A stretch of 35,651 bases of DNA. Source: Candidatus Woesearchaeota archaeon (lineage in GTDB: Archaea > Nanobdellota > Nanobdellia > Woesearchaeales > SKGA01). The stretch is from positions 1 to 35,651 of the forward strand of contig JAFGOT010000027.1 of NCBI GenBank assembly GCA_016926395.1. Reading direction: 5' to 3'. Of this stretch, positions 24,775-33,559 are shown piece by piece (the first letter of the stretch is position 1; each line of letters opens with the position of its first letter). The position numbers and the translations under genes were made by a program. Below the pieces are notes generated by a model. That model did no database searches. It was not told the origin of the DNA and saw only the letters and a list, made by a program, of their open reading frames with translations.

Positions 24775-24795
24775 TTTATATCCTCCAAATATAAG

Positions 24796-24842
24796 TATGA
24801 CAATATATGATGTGTTATTTAAACTTTATGAATCTAGTATGA
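24796..24842 (-). promoter_or_regulatory. TATA box (TTTAAATA, 24816-24823) flanked by four phased TCATA direct repeats
   Basis: Plus-strand TATGA at 24796, 24806, 24827 and 24838 (spacings 10, 21, 11). Confidence 0.55.
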
Positions 24843-24950
24843 ACCCCTCTATTTAGTGGTTATTTATTTGTGTAGAATTGTTGTTTAAAAAGAAAGTGAA
24901 GGTGTCCTACATCTTAAGAAGTTGTATTGAATTGTTTAGAAATTTAAATG

Positions 24951-25017
24951 TTGAAACAGCTAAGCTGTTTCAATAAGTTAAGAATTAACTCCTGAAACTG
25001 TTTCAAGCAGTTTCAAT
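24951..25017. repeat. Nested palindromes plus 15-bp echo of the UPF0147 gene 3' end
   Basis: Perfect IR ttgaaacagc-taa-gctgtttcaa (24951-24973) and hairpin agtta-agaat-taact (24976-24990). attgaaactgcttga (gene end) recurs as attgaaacagcttag 43 bp downstream. Confidence 0.7.
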
Positions 25018-25260
25018 GCCTTCCAACATACTTGAGATGCTCCAAATTTGTTGTCTTGTAAATTGGTCTAAATTAGCATCTCCTGATATTTCATCAAGAT
25101 CACTAAGCAGTTTGTTAATAGTGAGAGAAAGGTCTTCATTATTTGAGCTTTTTAATAATTTAACAATCGCGCTTAATTTGTTCTTAATATTTCTTGGCAC
25201 GTTACTATCTTGTTCAAGTTCCGTAACATATTCTATTACTTCTTCCAGTTGCTCGTTCAT
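25003..25260 (-). CDS. UPF0147 family protein
   Basis: DSNVPRNIK...LDEISGDANLDQFTRQQIWSISSMLE pattern, 85 aa. Confidence 0.85.
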   Translation of the reverse strand: MNEQLEEVIEYVTELEQDSNVPRNIKNKLSAIVKLLKSSNNEDLSLTINKLLSDLDEISGDANLDQFTRQQIWSISSMLEGIETA

Positions 25261-25316
25261 TTTTTTACTCCGTTAAAAAATGCTCAAAATTTTTGATTGC
25301 ATTTTTTACACCATAT

Positions 25317-25631
25317 TTATTTTTCTAGATTATTGACGAGTTCTTCTCGTAATTTTTCAGCTTGTTCTTTAAGTTTAGATTCTTGTTTTTCTAAAGCATC
25401 CAGTCGGCTTTCATAAAGATTCTTCCGTTCTTCTAAACTATTTTTTATGTCTTTAGAATCTTTTTTTATCATTAATGTTCCAACAATTTGATATGCTTCT
25501 TTTTGATTTTTTAGTTCTCCAAGAGCACTATCTACTTCCATTATTTGTTTTTGATATTGTTGCTTTTGAGAAACGATTTGTGATAAGCTGTTTTCAATCA
25601 AACTGAGCTGTTGTATTTTTTCTTCGCTCAT
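25317..25631 (-). CDS. pfdB: Prefoldin beta subunit
   Basis: Coiled coil / EAYQIVGTLMIKK hairpin / coiled coil, in its conserved operon position. Confidence 0.92.
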   Translation of the reverse strand: MSEEKIQQLSLIENSLSQIVSQKQQYQKQIMEVDSALGELKNQKEAYQIVGTLMIKKDSKDIKNSLEERKNLYESRLDALEKQESKLKEQAEKLREELVNNLEK

Positions 25632-25643
25632 TTTTCACCAGCC

Positions 25644-25886
25644 TCATATTAATTTTTTTATTTGTTCGTAGATATCAAGAGTTTTGGTTATGCTTGTTAG
25701 TACTGCTCTTAAAGCAACCGCATCTTGTGCTTCCACTTTGAATATTAAATCAAGATTGTTTTTTTCGATACTGTATTTTGCTCGACTGTTGCTCAACTCT
25801 TTATCTTCGGGAGCGAACAGTTTTAGCAATTTTTCCGTTTCTGCTTCTTTAACGCACTCAGTTTTTAGGCTTAGTGTGTATTTCAT
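25644..25886 (-). CDS. pcc1: KEOPS complex subunit Pcc1
   Basis: RAKYSI...IFKVEAQDAVALRAVLTS motif. Lies between rpoP and pfdB. Confidence 0.85.
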   Translation of the reverse strand: MKYTLSLKTECVKEAETEKLLKLFAPEDKELSNSRAKYSIEKNNLDLIFKVEAQDAVALRAVLTSITKTLDIYEQIKKLI

Positions 25887-26020
25887 CTTGCTTTAACAGT
25901 TGCACTTTTAGTTCGGGATTTAAAGATGATTTTTGATCCGCAATAAATGCATCGAACTTTCTTTTTGATGTATTGTTCTCCTACCACTTTGTTGCATGAG
26001 AAGCATCTATATTCAGCCAT
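25883..26020 (-). CDS. rpoP: RNA polymerase subunit Rpo12 (RpoP), 45 aa, absent from ORF track
   Basis: Manual translation MAEYRCFSCNKVVGEQYIKKKVRCIYCGSKIIFKSRTKSATVKAR* is a zinc ribbon. ATGA overlap with pcc1. Confidence 0.92.
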   Translation of the reverse strand: MAEYRCFSCNKVVGEQYIKKKVRCIYCGSKIIFKSRTKSATVKAR

Positions 26021-26046
26021 TTTATTTTATTCTCCTAGATTCAAGC

Positions 26047-26289
26047 TTAAATTTCAGCTACTTTGGTTTGGATTTTGGATTTTTTTGCTACAGTATATGC
26101 TTTACTTGCAAATTTAGTTCCGCATTTAGAACATTGCCAAATTCCAAGGCTTACTCTTTTTACTTGATCTCGTGAGCAGGATGGGCATGTATATTTTTGT
26201 CTTTGTTGTTTTTCGATTACACCAAATTTGTCTTTAACGGTTTTCCCGTATCGCGCACCGAATCTTTTTGTAGATGGATTTTTTACCAT
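26047..26289 (-). CDS. rpl37ae: 50S ribosomal protein eL43 (L37Ae)
   Basis: KRFGARYG, CPSC...VKRVSLGIWQCSKC and AY motifs. Confidence 0.96.
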   Translation of the reverse strand: MVKNPSTKRFGARYGKTVKDKFGVIEKQQRQKYTCPSCSRDQVKRVSLGIWQCSKCGTKFASKAYTVAKKSKIQTKVAEI

Positions 26290-26342
26290 TTTGTTTCTCC
26301 TTACTTTAATTTAAGATTATAATTTTTTATTGAATTTGTAGA

Positions 26343-26417
26343 TGGGGCTGTCCAGATTCGAACTGGAGTCCTATGGTCCCAAACCACAGATGATAGACCA
26401 AGCTACACTACAGCCCC
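26343..26417 (-). tRNA. tRNA-Pro (UGG), no intron, CCA not encoded
   Basis: Acceptor GGGGCTG/CAGCCCC, anticodon loop TTTGGGA (anticodon 26381-26379), T arm TCCAG-TTCGAAT-CTGGA. Confidence 0.96.
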
Positions 26418-26446
26418 AAATAGTAAGTTCGAGAAATGCTAGGCGA

Positions 26447-26460
26447 TTTATAAAGGTTTC
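26447..26460 (-). promoter_or_regulatory. BRE/TATA (GAAACC-TTTATAAA) of tRNA-Pro
   Basis: TATA at 26447-26454, about 30 nt upstream of the tRNA 5' end. Confidence 0.65.
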
Positions 26461-26562
26461 CAAACACTTTTTTTACTCTACTTTAATTTAATTGTGCTCT
26501 AACGCCTTAAAACCGTAGAATTACGCAAATTTTCAAACCAAATACTTGTTTGCTCTTCACGC

Positions 26563-27609
26563 TTATAGGACTGGTGTGCCAAGATTTTTCTTCAGATTTT
26601 CAATTATTTCCACAGGACTTGGATCCGTCTTATATCTTAATGCTAAGTAATACGCGCTTAGGTCTCCTATTAAGATTGCTGTGAAAACTTTTGTTAAAAA
26701 GTCAGTTCCAGTTAATTTTATTTCAGTTGTTTCCACTCCTGCTTTATTTGTTAAATCTTTAACAAGTTCCATTCTTTTGTGAATTCTTCGATGGTCGTCA
26801 TCAAAGTGGAATGTTACAATATGATATTTTTCACTTTCAAGTCTTGTATAGCCTAAGATTTCATTATGATTAAATTCACTATAGCTATGGGAGAATGCAT
26901 GTATCTTTGCGTTCTCATTAATCTCACTTTTGAACCTATATGCTACAGGGTAATATTTATCAGAAGCATAAATTATTGGAATCGTTCCAAACAATTTCTC
27001 ACTAATATTTATTGAGTATGTTTTGAAATCAGGTTTTACTATCCCTTTTACTAATTCTTGAACGCTTGCCTGTTGAGTTGGTATTATTCCTAATCTTTCT
27101 AAAATTCGAAGGATTGGAAAGAATAGGTAGCTTATGGCTGCTGTTCTTGGTTGATATCCTTTTGGAACTTTTATGAATGGTAATCTGTTAAATGTGAATA
27201 ACTCTTCAAGTCTTCCTCCACTTGCAAGACCAACACATTTTCTTGTTATTCTTTGTGCTTCTTTAAATGCACTCAACGTTTCTTCTGTGTTTCCTGAATA
27301 ACTAACTGCAAACACTAATGAGTTCTCAGTCATTGTGCTTGGAATATTATAGTCTTTAACGGAAAAAACAGGAATTTTAGAACCTAGGTGGTTTAGTAAC
27401 ATTCTAGCAAATTCACTGCTTATTGCACTTCCACCCATTCCTAGAAAAAAGATTTTATCTACTGTTTGGATGTCAAACAGTTCAACATCGTCACCCAGTA
27501 AATATGCAGATTTTATATCTGCTCCTACCTTAGAATATTGTTCTAACAGGTTAGCTTTGTCATATTGGAAATAATCTTCAGGAAATTGATTTAGTTCATC
27601 TTCGGCCAT
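26563..27609 (-). CDS. Bifunctional phosphoglucose/phosphomannose isomerase (SIS domain)
   Basis: Motifs GMGGSAIS, SYSGNTEET, SGG, QPR, INENAK and EFNHNE. Start is ATG 27609 or GTG 27615. Confidence 0.93.
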   Translation of the reverse strand: MAEDELNQFPEDYFQYDKANLLEQYSKVGADIKSAYLLGDDVELFDIQTVDKIFFLGMGGSAISSEFARMLLNHLGSKIPVFSVKDYNIPSTMTENSLVFAVSYSGNTEETLSAFKEAQRITRKCVGLASGGRLEELFTFNRLPFIKVPKGYQPRTAAISYLFFPILRILERLGIIPTQQASVQELVKGIVKPDFKTYSINISEKLFGTIPIIYASDKYYPVAYRFKSEINENAKIHAFSHSYSEFNHNEILGYTRLESEKYHIVTFHFDDDHRRIHKRMELVKDLTNKAGVETTEIKLTGTDFLTKVFTAILIGDLSAYYLALRYKTDPSPVEIIENLKKNLGTPVL

Positions 27610-27720
27610 TGTCACGCACCCTAAAACCTCTATATTATCATAATATTTATTTATTTATAAATATATTCATAGTTTATTCCCTTTAGTTTTATAAATGCCT
27701 TCTTTTTCTTGTACATTGGT

Positions 27721-29046
27721 ATGACTTCAATTTTCATAAAGACCTTTGGATGTTCTCATAATGTTGCAGATAGTGAAGAACTTGCTTATTATCTGTCAAA
27801 TTTTGGTTATACTATTCTTGGTCTTGAAAATGTTACTAGTCATTTGAGCTCTTCTCAATCTGAATACGAATTAGAACTTCTAAAACAAGCTGATCTTATT
27901 ATTTATAACACTTGTACTGTAAAAAACCCTAGTGATGATAAATTTTTCACTTTGTTAAAAAGAACAAATAAACCTGTTGTACTTGCTGGTTGTATTCCTC
28001 AATCTCAAGTTGCAGATGAATGGTTAAAAGATTATAGTGCTATTGGCGTTGATAATCTTGACTTAATTGTTGAAGTTGTTGAAGGCACTCTAAAAGGGGA
28101 TGTTGTTCATCGACTTAAGAAAAGAAAAAGTTTAGATGATCGAGAACTTCCCATTATTAGGCGTAATTCTTTTGTTGCTATAATTCCTATTTTACAAGGT
28201 TGTCTTGGAAGTTGCACTTATTGTAAAACTAAACAGGCAAGAGGTCATCTTAAAAGTTACCCTAAAGAAACAATCATAAAACAAATTAGAAAAGCAAAAC
28301 ATGAAGGTGTAAAAGAAATCTGGCTTGTTTCTGAAGATAATGGTGCTTATGGAAAAGATATTGATTCTTCCCTGCCTGATTTGTTAAGAAATATTTCTTA
28401 CACTGTTTTGAATTCTGATATTATGGTGCGAGTTGGAATGCTTAATCCTGAATATGCTTTTGAATACAAAATTGAATTAGCAGAAATCATAAAACAAGAT
28501 TGTTTTTACAAATTTCTTCATATTCCAATTCAGTGTGCTAATGATTCTGTTCTAAAAGATATGAACAGACCTTACACCACTTCTCAATTTAAGGAGTCTT
28601 TTTCGTATCTAAGAGAAAAAATTCCAGATATAACTTTGGCTACTGATATCATTTGTGGTTTTCCAACTGAAAGTCCAGAACAATTTCTAGATACTCTTAA
28701 TTATGTTAAGGAAGAAAAATTTACTGTAATAAATATTTCAAAATTTTATCCAAGACCAAAAACTCCTGCCGCGAGGATGAAATTACTTCCGACACATGAA
28801 GTAAAACGTCGTAGTAAGGAATTGAGCGATTGGTTTTCTGGTGTGAATTTTAACGAGCCTTATGTTGGACAAACGTTATCTGTTTTATTCACTGAAAAAG
28901 GAAATGTTGATGGTTCGTTTATTGGTAAGACTAATAATTATCGAAATGTTATTGTTAAATCAAAAAAGGACATTTTAGGGATGCGTTTTAATGTTAAAAT
29001 ACATTCTACGACTCGAGATGATTTGCGAGGAGAAATAGTTAATTAG
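27721..29046 (+). CDS. mtaB: tRNA t6A37 methylthiotransferase (MtaB/CDKAL1-type radical SAM enzyme with TRAM domain)
   Basis: UPF0004 cysteines (TFGCSHN, NTCTVK, GCIPQ), CLGSCTYCKTKQARG, and C-terminal TRAM. TTTATAAA at 27688-27695 favours a leaderless ATG 27721 over TTG 27709. Confidence 0.9.
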   Translation: MTSIFIKTFGCSHNVADSEELAYYLSNFGYTILGLENVTSHLSSSQSEYELELLKQADLIIYNTCTVKNPSDDKFFTLLKRTNKPVVLAGCIPQSQVADEWLKDYSAIGVDNLDLIVEVVEGTLKGDVVHRLKKRKSLDDRELPIIRRNSFVAIIPILQGCLGSCTYCKTKQARGHLKSYPKETIIKQIRKAKHEGVKEIWLVSEDNGAYGKDIDSSLPDLLRNISYTVLNSDIMVRVGMLNPEYAFEYKIELAEIIKQDCFYKFLHIPIQCANDSVLKDMNRPYTTSQFKESFSYLREKIPDITLATDIICGFPTESPEQFLDTLNYVKEEKFTVINISKFYPRPKTPAARMKLLPTHEVKRRSKELSDWFSGVNFNEPYVGQTLSVLFTEKGNVDGSFIGKTNNYRNVIVKSKKDILGMRFNVKIHSTTRDDLRGEIVN

Positions 29047-29633
29047 TAATTATCTAGTCTTTTATTGTGAGCGTTTTCTTCTATTTTTTTTCTCACATGA
29101 GGTTCTTTTAAGAACAATCTGTTAGGGATATGTATTACATCGTCATATTTGGTTTCAACTTTTGTTTCAGAAAAATTAACTTCAATTACTTTCCCTTTTA
29201 CGCTGTTTATTTCTATAATTATTCCTGTTGGAATTCTTCTTGATATTTGTCTGTACGCCACAATGTTTGGTATTAAATCTTTTATCGCAAGTAAAGCCGA
29301 GATAAATAGAACTATAATCACTGCTATTGATATTATGTTTAAAAGCAGATTTGTTATTCCTACTTGATTTAAAGCAATGATTGTGAATATGAAATAAATC
29401 GAGAATGAAATAATTCCTGATATTAATTTTTCAATACTGGTTTTTATGCCCATTTTTTCTTTTAAGGCCTTATCTAGTTGAAACTCTTTTAAGACTTTTT
29501 GTAACAGCTTTCCAACTAAGTGTCCTAGTATTAGACCAATAAAAAACCACACTAATGCAATGATTATGTTGTTAATTAAAGGGTTGTTTTCAAGCAGGTT
29601 TCCTGTTGTAACGTTTAGGAAGCTTTCATTCAT
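29043..29633 (-). CDS. mscS: Small-conductance mechanosensitive channel family (compact form)
   Basis: Three hydrophobic segments, then KDLIPNIVA, GKVIEVNF...TKV and IHIPN. Confidence 0.8.
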   Translation of the reverse strand: MNESFLNVTTGNLLENNPLINNIIIALVWFFIGLILGHLVGKLLQKVLKEFQLDKALKEKMGIKTSIEKLISGIISFSIYFIFTIIALNQVGITNLLLNIISIAVIIVLFISALLAIKDLIPNIVAYRQISRRIPTGIIIEINSVKGKVIEVNFSETKVETKYDDVIHIPNRLFLKEPHVRKKIEENAHNKRLDNY

Positions 29634-29749
29634 TCTAACTGTAAAAGATGTCTGGCTGGTTTTTAATGTTTTCGCAAAATACGCCTTTGTTGTGCTTGTT
29701 TATTTGATTGTTTTTTGTTTATTTTCTTTATTATCTTCCTCATAGAGCG

Positions 29750-29769
29750 TAAGGCTTTTAAACGCCTTA
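29750..29769. promoter_or_regulatory. TATA-like TTTTAAA enclosed by inverted repeat TAAGGC/GCCTTA, between divergent mscS and herA-like genes
   Basis: taaggc-ttttaaac-gcctta. The box ends about 22 nt before the ATG at 29785. Confidence 0.5.
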
Positions 29770-29784
29770 TTCTTACAATAAGTC

Positions 29785-31827
29785 ATGCTTCTGGGAAAAA
29801 TCTTTGGAAAAGTAACAACAAAGGAGTTTAAGTTTCTAGCTGAGGCTGAAGTTAGAAAATTTGAGTACGTCCAAGTTTATCACGAAGTATATGAATATGT
29901 TTTATGTCAAGTTGTTGAACTTGAAAAACAAGAGAATATGACAACTGCTCTTTGTCAAATTATTGGCTTTAAGGATAAAGATGCTAAAATAAAAAAACTT
30001 CGTATTCCTTTTGAGCCGGGCAGTGAAGTTCTTAGTGCAGAAGATGATTTTATTTCAAGTATTATTAAACTTGAGAATACTCAAACAGGTGCTTATTTGG
30101 GAAAACTTGAAGGCAGGGATATTCCTGTTCAATTAGATTTAAAAAAATTATTAACTAAACATGTTGCTGTTCTTGCGAAATCTGGTAGCGGAAAATCTTA
30201 TTCTGTTGGTGTTTTACTTGAAGAAATTATTGACAAAAAAGTTCCTTTGTTAATTATCGATCCTCACGGAGAGTATTCTTCTATGAATCTTCCAAATGAT
30301 AATGAAGAAGAAAAAAAATTGATGGCTACTTTTGGTGTTACTCCTCAAGGTTTTAAAATTAATGAATATGGTGATACAACTGTCAATCCAAAAGTTAGGC
30401 CGCTACGTCTTCCTAACAATCTATCTTCCCAAGAATTGGTTGATATGCTTCCTGTAAGACTTTCTGCCTCTCAATTAGGTCTTCTCTATAGTGCGACTCA
30501 AGATATGTCTGCTTGTGATTTTGATAGTGTTATTTATTCGTTGCAGCAAGAAGAATCAAATGCCAAATGGAATGTTATTAAAGTTATTGAACAATTAAAT
30601 AATATTGGCTTATTTTCCTCTGCTCCCACTCCTTATCATGAACTTGTAAAATCAGGTTCTTGTTCTATTGTTAATTTCAAAGGGATTGATCCTGATATTC
30701 AAGACATCATTGTTTACAAATTAACCAAAGATTTATTTGAACTTAGAAAACAAAATAAAATTCCTCCTTTTTTTCTCGTAATAGAAGAAGCTCACAACTA
30801 TTGTCCTGAACGTTCTTTTGGTGAAAAAAAATCTAGTAAAATTCTTCGAACTATTGCAAGTGAGGGTAGAAAATTTGGTTTAGGTCTTTGTGTTATTTCT
30901 CAACGTCCTGCAAGAGTTGATAAATCTGTTGTCAGTCAATGTAGTACGCAGATAATTCTTAAAGTCACCAATCCTAATGATTTAAAGGCAATAAGTTCGT
31001 CTGTTGAAGGAATAACTAACAATACGGAAGCTGAAATTCAAGAACTTAGTATTGGAACTGCTTTAGTTACTGGTATAACTGATGTTCCTTTATTCGTCAA
31101 AGTTAGACCAAGAAGAAGTCTTCATGGAGGTCACGCTATCGATATACTTGGTGAATCAAATGGTGATTCTTTTTCTGATAATACTTTGTCATCTTCGGAT
31201 GAGGGATCTGATATTTTTGCTCAATCAAAAGAATTTGAAGAACAAGATATTGTTCCGTTAATTAAACCGAACACTACGCCAAAAGATTTGATGGTTATGA
31301 GTGATATTCCTTTAAGTGATATTCAAAACATTCTTCGTCCAGCTTACATGTTTACTTGCGAAGATAAAGAAGGGAAATTCAAATTGTTAGTAAGTAGAGA
31401 AGATGGTAGAATTATTACTGATAAAGAAGATTTTCAATTAAAGTCATTACCTGAGCTTCACAAGTTAACTAAAAAAGAACTTTTAGTTCTTCATCAAGCT
31501 TATGTTTTAAATCAATTTACTAGTCTTGATATGGTTAAGGCTATTGGTTCTAATATTGACATAGTTGATGATTTAAAATCACTTATTGATAGAAATTATG
31601 TTCAAGAAATAAGTCCTGATCATTTTAAAATCAGCGATAAATATATTTTTAGCACTCTTAACAAATTTAAAGTCTTTGACGAGATTAATTATGAGAAAAT
31701 TCCTTATACTCAAAAAGTTGAAGCAACTGTTGATATTGATTCAATTGTGGAAAATCTTCAACGTTTCACTTCCGTTCTTGATCATGCTGAAGTATACGTC
31801 TTAACATATCATTGCGTCCCCAAATAA
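29785..31827 (+). CDS. HerA/FtsK-type ATPase (HAS-barrel + DUF87) with C-terminal extension
   Basis: HAS-barrel-like N-terminus, Walker A LAKSGSGKS, IIDPHGEY, Walker B VIEEAH, EGRKFG and SQRP. Confidence 0.92.
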   Translation: MLLGKIFGKVTTKEFKFLAEAEVRKFEYVQVYHEVYEYVLCQVVELEKQENMTTALCQIIGFKDKDAKIKKLRIPFEPGSEVLSAEDDFISSIIKLENTQTGAYLGKLEGRDIPVQLDLKKLLTKHVAVLAKSGSGKSYSVGVLLEEIIDKKVPLLIIDPHGEYSSMNLPNDNEEEKKLMATFGVTPQGFKINEYGDTTVNPKVRPLRLPNNLSSQELVDMLPVRLSASQLGLLYSATQDMSACDFDSVIYSLQQEESNAKWNVIKVIEQLNNIGLFSSAPTPYHELVKSGSCSIVNFKGIDPDIQDIIVYKLTKDLFELRKQNKIPPFFLVIEEAHNYCPERSFGEKKSSKILRTIASEGRKFGLGLCVISQRPARVDKSVVSQCSTQIILKVTNPNDLKAISSSVEGITNNTEAEIQELSIGTALVTGITDVPLFVKVRPRRSLHGGHAIDILGESNGDSFSDNTLSSSDEGSDIFAQSKEFEEQDIVPLIKPNTTPKDLMVMSDIPLSDIQNILRPAYMFTCEDKEGKFKLLVSREDGRIITDKEDFQLKSLPELHKLTKKELLVLHQAYVLNQFTSLDMVKAIGSNIDIVDDLKSLIDRNYVQEISPDHFKISDKYIFSTLNKFKVFDEINYEKIPYTQKVEATVDIDSIVENLQRFTSVLDHAEVYVLTYHCVPK

Positions 31828-31862
31828 TAAACTTTAATAAGTTCTATACCAATTATATTGGA

Positions 31863-32987
31863 ATGAACAACGTTTCTAAGGACGAGATAAAGGAAATTCT
31901 TAAGAAATATGGTTATAACACTTCTTCATTTCAATTATTGACTTCTGGAATGAATTATTTTACTAGTGAATTAGGTGTTTCAGGTATTATTGGTTATTTA
32001 GTTGTTGGTAATGTTTTTGTTTGTGCAGGCGACCCTTTGTGTTCTGATGATGATTTTTTCAATTTAGTTCATGAGTTTAGATTATTTGCTAAGCGTAACA
32101 AGAAAAGATGTCTTTTCTTGCAGGTTTCAGAAAACATTGAAAAAAAGTTTAGAATTATGGGTTTTGGTTCATTGAAATTTGGTGAAGAAGCGGTTATTGA
32201 TTTGAACAATTATACCTTTGAAGGTCGAGAAAAAAGAGTTGTACGTCAACATGCTTCTCGTGCTAGAAATGCTGGTGTCGAAATTTCTTTATTGTCGAGT
32301 AAGGCAGAAGAGCGAGAGATATCTTATTTAAGTGAAGATTGGCTTGGTGGGCGAAAAACTAAAGGTTTTTCTTTTTTATTAGGTCTTAATCCTTTAGAAG
32401 AAAAAGAAGAAAAGTTCATTTTTGTAGCTAAAGAAGAAGGTGAATTAGTTGGTTATTTAACTGCAGTTCCAATCTATGCTCGTAATGGATTTTACTTTGA
32501 AGATGTTATTCGTAGTATTGATGCTCCAAGCGGGACAAATCAATTATTGATTCAATATGCAATAGAATTTCTAAAAGAAAAAGGTTTCTCAATTGTTACT
32601 TTAGGAACTGCCCCTCTTGGAAATCTTCGAAATGATGATACTGCAGAGCATAAACGAATAAATAATATTCTTAAATATTCTTATGAGCACTTAAATGGTT
32701 TCTATAATTTTAAAGGCCTTTATGAATTCAAATCAAATTTTGTTCCGAGTGTCTGGGAGAAGAAATATTTATGTTTTTATCCTGAAAAAATAAAAGCTAA
32801 TTATTTTGTAGCAATCATACGTGCATACACTGGTAAACGCCTTTCAGGTCTCGCATTTTCTCAATTAAAAAAACTAGCAACACAACCAATGGCTCCTTTA
32901 AAAAATATTGCAAAGCCTATACAGAACATTACAAAACCAATAAAGAAAGTTAAAATAAAAAAACCAAAATTAAAATTAAAAAAATAA
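31863..32987 (+). CDS. Stand-alone MprF/LysX C-terminal (DUF2156, aminoacyl-phosphatidylglycerol synthase-like) domain protein
   Basis: Motifs VCAGDPL, GEEAVIDL, DAPSGT, LGTAPL and FYNFKGLYEFKSNFVP-W. No N-terminal flippase. Likely start is ATG 31863. Confidence 0.85.
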   Translation: MNNVSKDEIKEILKKYGYNTSSFQLLTSGMNYFTSELGVSGIIGYLVVGNVFVCAGDPLCSDDDFFNLVHEFRLFAKRNKKRCLFLQVSENIEKKFRIMGFGSLKFGEEAVIDLNNYTFEGREKRVVRQHASRARNAGVEISLLSSKAEEREISYLSEDWLGGRKTKGFSFLLGLNPLEEKEEKFIFVAKEEGELVGYLTAVPIYARNGFYFEDVIRSIDAPSGTNQLLIQYAIEFLKEKGFSIVTLGTAPLGNLRNDDTAEHKRINNILKYSYEHLNGFYNFKGLYEFKSNFVPSVWEKKYLCFYPEKIKANYFVAIIRAYTGKRLSGLAFSQLKKLATQPMAPLKNIAKPIQNITKPIKKVKIKKPKLKLKK

Positions 32988-32990
32988 TTT

Positions 32991-33482
32991 TTAGTTATTA
33001 TTTTTTGGATCGGAATATTTCATCCAATGTTCTTGTATTCTTTTCATTACAAATTCAAGTTTTTCCTTGATTTCTTCGTTCCAAAATTTCAATCCTTCAT
33101 CAATGAATGGACCTTGAGCTTGCATGTTTTTTGTAATTCCAATAACATTATTTTTGCTAACGTATGCCATCATTTTATTCATTAAAAGATTAAGATCGTT
33201 TTTCTCTTCATCACTAAATGCTTGATTTTCAGTCATGTTAACTATACTGCTAGGGTTTGGCATAAGTATTGAATGAAGGTGATTGTACCATGAAAAATAA
33301 GTATTAACTATTCTTGCGCATAATTGTCTGTCGTATCTGTTGCTAATAAAACCCGTTCCTAATGCATCATCTTTTAGAAAAAATACTTTTTCTAATTCTT
33401 CAAAATTAGATTCAAATTTTAACTCTTCCTTTAGTTTAGAAAATGCTTTGTCTAGTTCTTCATACACTTCTTCATTGCTCAT
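32991..33482 (-). CDS. Hypothetical protein (163 aa, helical)
   Basis: Clean ORF with SD-like AAGGCG, convergent with the DUF2156 gene. No family recognised. Confidence 0.75.
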   Translation of the reverse strand: MSNEEVYEELDKAFSKLKEELKFESNFEELEKVFFLKDDALGTGFISNRYDRQLCARIVNTYFSWYNHLHSILMPNPSSIVNMTENQAFSDEEKNDLNLLMNKMMAYVSKNNVIGITKNMQAQGPFIDEGLKFWNEEIKEKLEFVMKRIQEHWMKYSDPKNNN

Positions 33483-33559
33483 TTGTATCGCCTTATTTTT
33501 TTAGAAAAATAAAAAATAAAAAATAAACTGCTTTTAGATTAACTGTTTGCAGTTCTCAA

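Noticed and set aside
24967-24998. CRISPR-repeat-like GTTTCAATAAGTTAAGAATTAACTCCTGAAAC
   Set aside because: Single copy with no spacer periodicity and no cas genes; explained by the local palindromes.
26343-26417. tRNA-Pro as integration site for the 7.3-kb block
   Set aside because: The tRNA 3' end faces rpl37ae rather than the block, and no duplicated tRNA fragment or integrase was seen.
29663-29743. 26-aa basic ORF MRKIIKKINKKQSNKQAQQRRILRKH (eL41-like?)
   Set aside because: It does not match the eL41 pattern, its ATG is too close to the TATA box to be in that transcript, and its composition follows from the A-rich strand.
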